A stretch of DNA of 51,136 nucleotides, from NCBI GenBank assembly GCA_964471535.1, contig CAYYHA010000006.1:1-51136 (forward strand), given 5' to 3'. Positions 50,072-51,136 of this stretch are shown in pieces (position 1 is the first letter of the stretch; each line of letters starts with the position of its first letter). Position numbers and translations under genes: made by a program. The notes beneath the pieces were generated by a model. It was not told the DNA's origin, searched no databases, and was given only the letters and a program-made list of their open reading frames with translations. The stretch comes from an uncultured Myxococcia bacterium (GTDB taxonomy: Bacteria; Myxococcota; Myxococcia; SLRQ01).

Positions 50072-51136
50072 GTGAATCAAGGAACAGTCATCGGCCAGAT
50101 CCTCGCGGATCTGGGGGTCGTGGACGAGGCGACGCGGCGCCAGGCGGCGAGCCTGTCGCCGGCGCGACCCACGCGCTTCGCCAGTCGACTTCTCTCCCTG
50201 GGGGCTGCCGACGAGCGCGGGCTGGTGCGCGGTCTTTCCGCCCAGAAGGGGGTGCCGGGCGTGGCACTCTCGGAGACGGTGCTCGACCTCGAGGCGGCGC
50301 GCCTCGTTCCAAGGAAGATCGCCGAAGAGGCCTGCTTCCTGCCGCTCTCGACGGACGGCACCCATCTCTACATCGCGATGGCAAACCCGGACGACACGCA
50401 GCTCATCGATGAGCTGGCTTTCGTGACCGGCCTGAAGGTGGTGCCGCACGTGGCCCTGGAGAGCGTCCTGCGCGCGTCCATCGAGCGGGCGTACGATGCC
50501 TTGGAGGCCGGCCAGACGACGCTCGCGGGAGATGCAGTGCCGGAGGATGCGGCGGGTACGCCCCATGTCGCTGCGACCAGTGACGCCGACGGTGACGACG
50601 AGGTGATCCTCTTTTCTACCGCCGAGCAGGAGGACGATCTCATCGCGATTCCCATCGAGGTCGAGGAGGACGAGCCCTTCGCGGTGGAGGTTGAGTCGGC
50701 GGCACAGGAGGTGGCGGGCACGGCGGAGGTCGTCGAAGAAGGCTCGGGCTCCCATCGCATTCTGGTCGTGGACGACGAGGAGGAGATCCGAAGCCTCCTG
50801 TCGACGGCCCTCGTGAAGGCGGGTTACCGCGTGGAGACGGCCTCGCGCGGTCTCGAGGCCCTGCACAAGGTGAAATCGTTCGAGCCGGAGCTCCTCGTCC
50901 TCGACGCGATGCTTCCCGAGGTGCACGGCTTCGAGATCTGCCGGAAGGTTCGGCGCTCCAAGCGCTTCGGGCACGTGCCGGTCGTGATGATCTCCGCGGT
51001 GTACCGGGGGTGGCGCTATGCCCAGGACGTCAAGGAGGTCTACGGAGCGACGGATTTCATCGAGAAACCGTTTCGCCTCGTGGACGTCCTCGAGCGGGTG
51101 CGAAACGCCCTGGCCGGCGCGACGGAGCCGGCGGCG
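50072..51136 (+). CDS. T2SSE_N/MshEN-like domain fused to a response-regulator receiver domain; the 3' end lies beyond the window
   Basis: This ORF is not in the track because no stop is reached. I translated it by hand from the GTG at 50072: VNQGTVIGQILADLGVVDEATRRQAASLSPARPTRFASRLLSLGAADERGLVRGLSAQ...LPLSTDGTHLYIAMANPDD.... An acidic linker follows, then HRILVVDDEEEIRSLL...ELLVLDAMLPEVHGFEI...DFIEKPF. It stays in frame to 51136. Confidence 0.8.
   Translation, partial: MNQGTVIGQILADLGVVDEATRRQAASLSPARPTRFASRLLSLGAADERGLVRGLSAQKGVPGVALSETVLDLEAARLVPRKIAEEACFLPLSTDGTHLYIAMANPDDTQLIDELAFVTGLKVVPHVALESVLRASIERAYDALEAGQTTLAGDAVPEDAAGTPHVAATSDADGDDEVILFSTAEQEDDLIAIPIEVEEDEPFAVEVESAAQEVAGTAEVVEEGSGSHRILVVDDEEEIRSLLSTALVKAGYRVETASRGLEALHKVKSFEPELLVLDAMLPEVHGFEICRKVRRSKRFGHVPVVMISAVYRGWRYAQDVKEVYGATDFIEKPFRLVDVLERVRNALAGATEPAA

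Noticed and set aside
49904-50974. A 356-aa ORF on the minus strand.
   Set aside because: The opposite (+) strand encodes an unmistakable T2SSE_N plus receiver protein that the track misses only because it has no stop in the window. The minus-strand product is Arg/Leu/His-rich with no recognisable features.

Overview
This is a 51.1-kb, visibly very GC-rich bacterial chromosomal window (GC not computed). Strong G/C third-position bias and recognisable motifs separate the real frames from the many antisense shadow ORFs in the track. Lineage signals point to Myxococcota: a MYXO-CTERM sorting tail, many Cys-rich lipoproteins and a FYDLN_acid zinc-ribbon protein.

I call 44 intact or partial CDSs, one frame-broken Cys-rich gene, one tRNA-Ala(CGC), and a few low-confidence promoters, terminators and repeats.

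Layout:
- (i) 1-10.2 kb: HAD fragment, DsbA-like protein, PilZ, alpha/beta hydrolase, then a minus-strand chain of exported glutaredoxin-fold lipoprotein > tandem-CAP protein > 1005-aa orphan with a cyclase-like core. An FNR-like reductase and a lipoprotein follow.
- (ii) 10.4-15.6 kb: two secreted Zn-protease genes (a matrixin with MYXO-CTERM, and a HEIGHxxGLxH protease). Each is preceded by a translationally coupled small exported protein and carries a 16-Cys repeat module.
- (iii) 15.7-23.4 kb: a minus-strand operon of lipoproteins built from ExeM/NucH-like OB modules, a 5'-nucleotidase and an outer-membrane barrel.
- (iv) 23.6-30 kb: NUDIX protein, lipoprotein, metF, tRNA-Ala, TPR protein and a membrane-anchored Mrr-like protein.
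- (v) 30.1-47.2 kb: an aerobic respiratory island. It holds an amicyanin-like lipoprotein, ctaB, sco, two inserted Cys-rich genes (one broken), ctaCDE plus subunit IV, two tiny membrane ORFs, then Rieske, cytochrome b6, subunit IV and an octaheme cytochrome c.
- (vi) 47.3-51.1 kb: lipoprotein, four-cluster ferredoxin, Usp, FYDLN_acid protein, and a MshEN-receiver gene that runs off the window and is missing from the ORF track.

No transposase, integrase, CRISPR array or rRNA was seen. The best candidates for something undescribed are the oxidase + b6-type Rieske/cyt b + octaheme cluster, the split cyclase-like core in the 1005-aa protein, the nuclease-less OB-module/5'-nucleotidase/OMP operon, and the 16-Cys repeat family.

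All domain calls come from motif recognition by eye. No database search, HMM or structure prediction was run.
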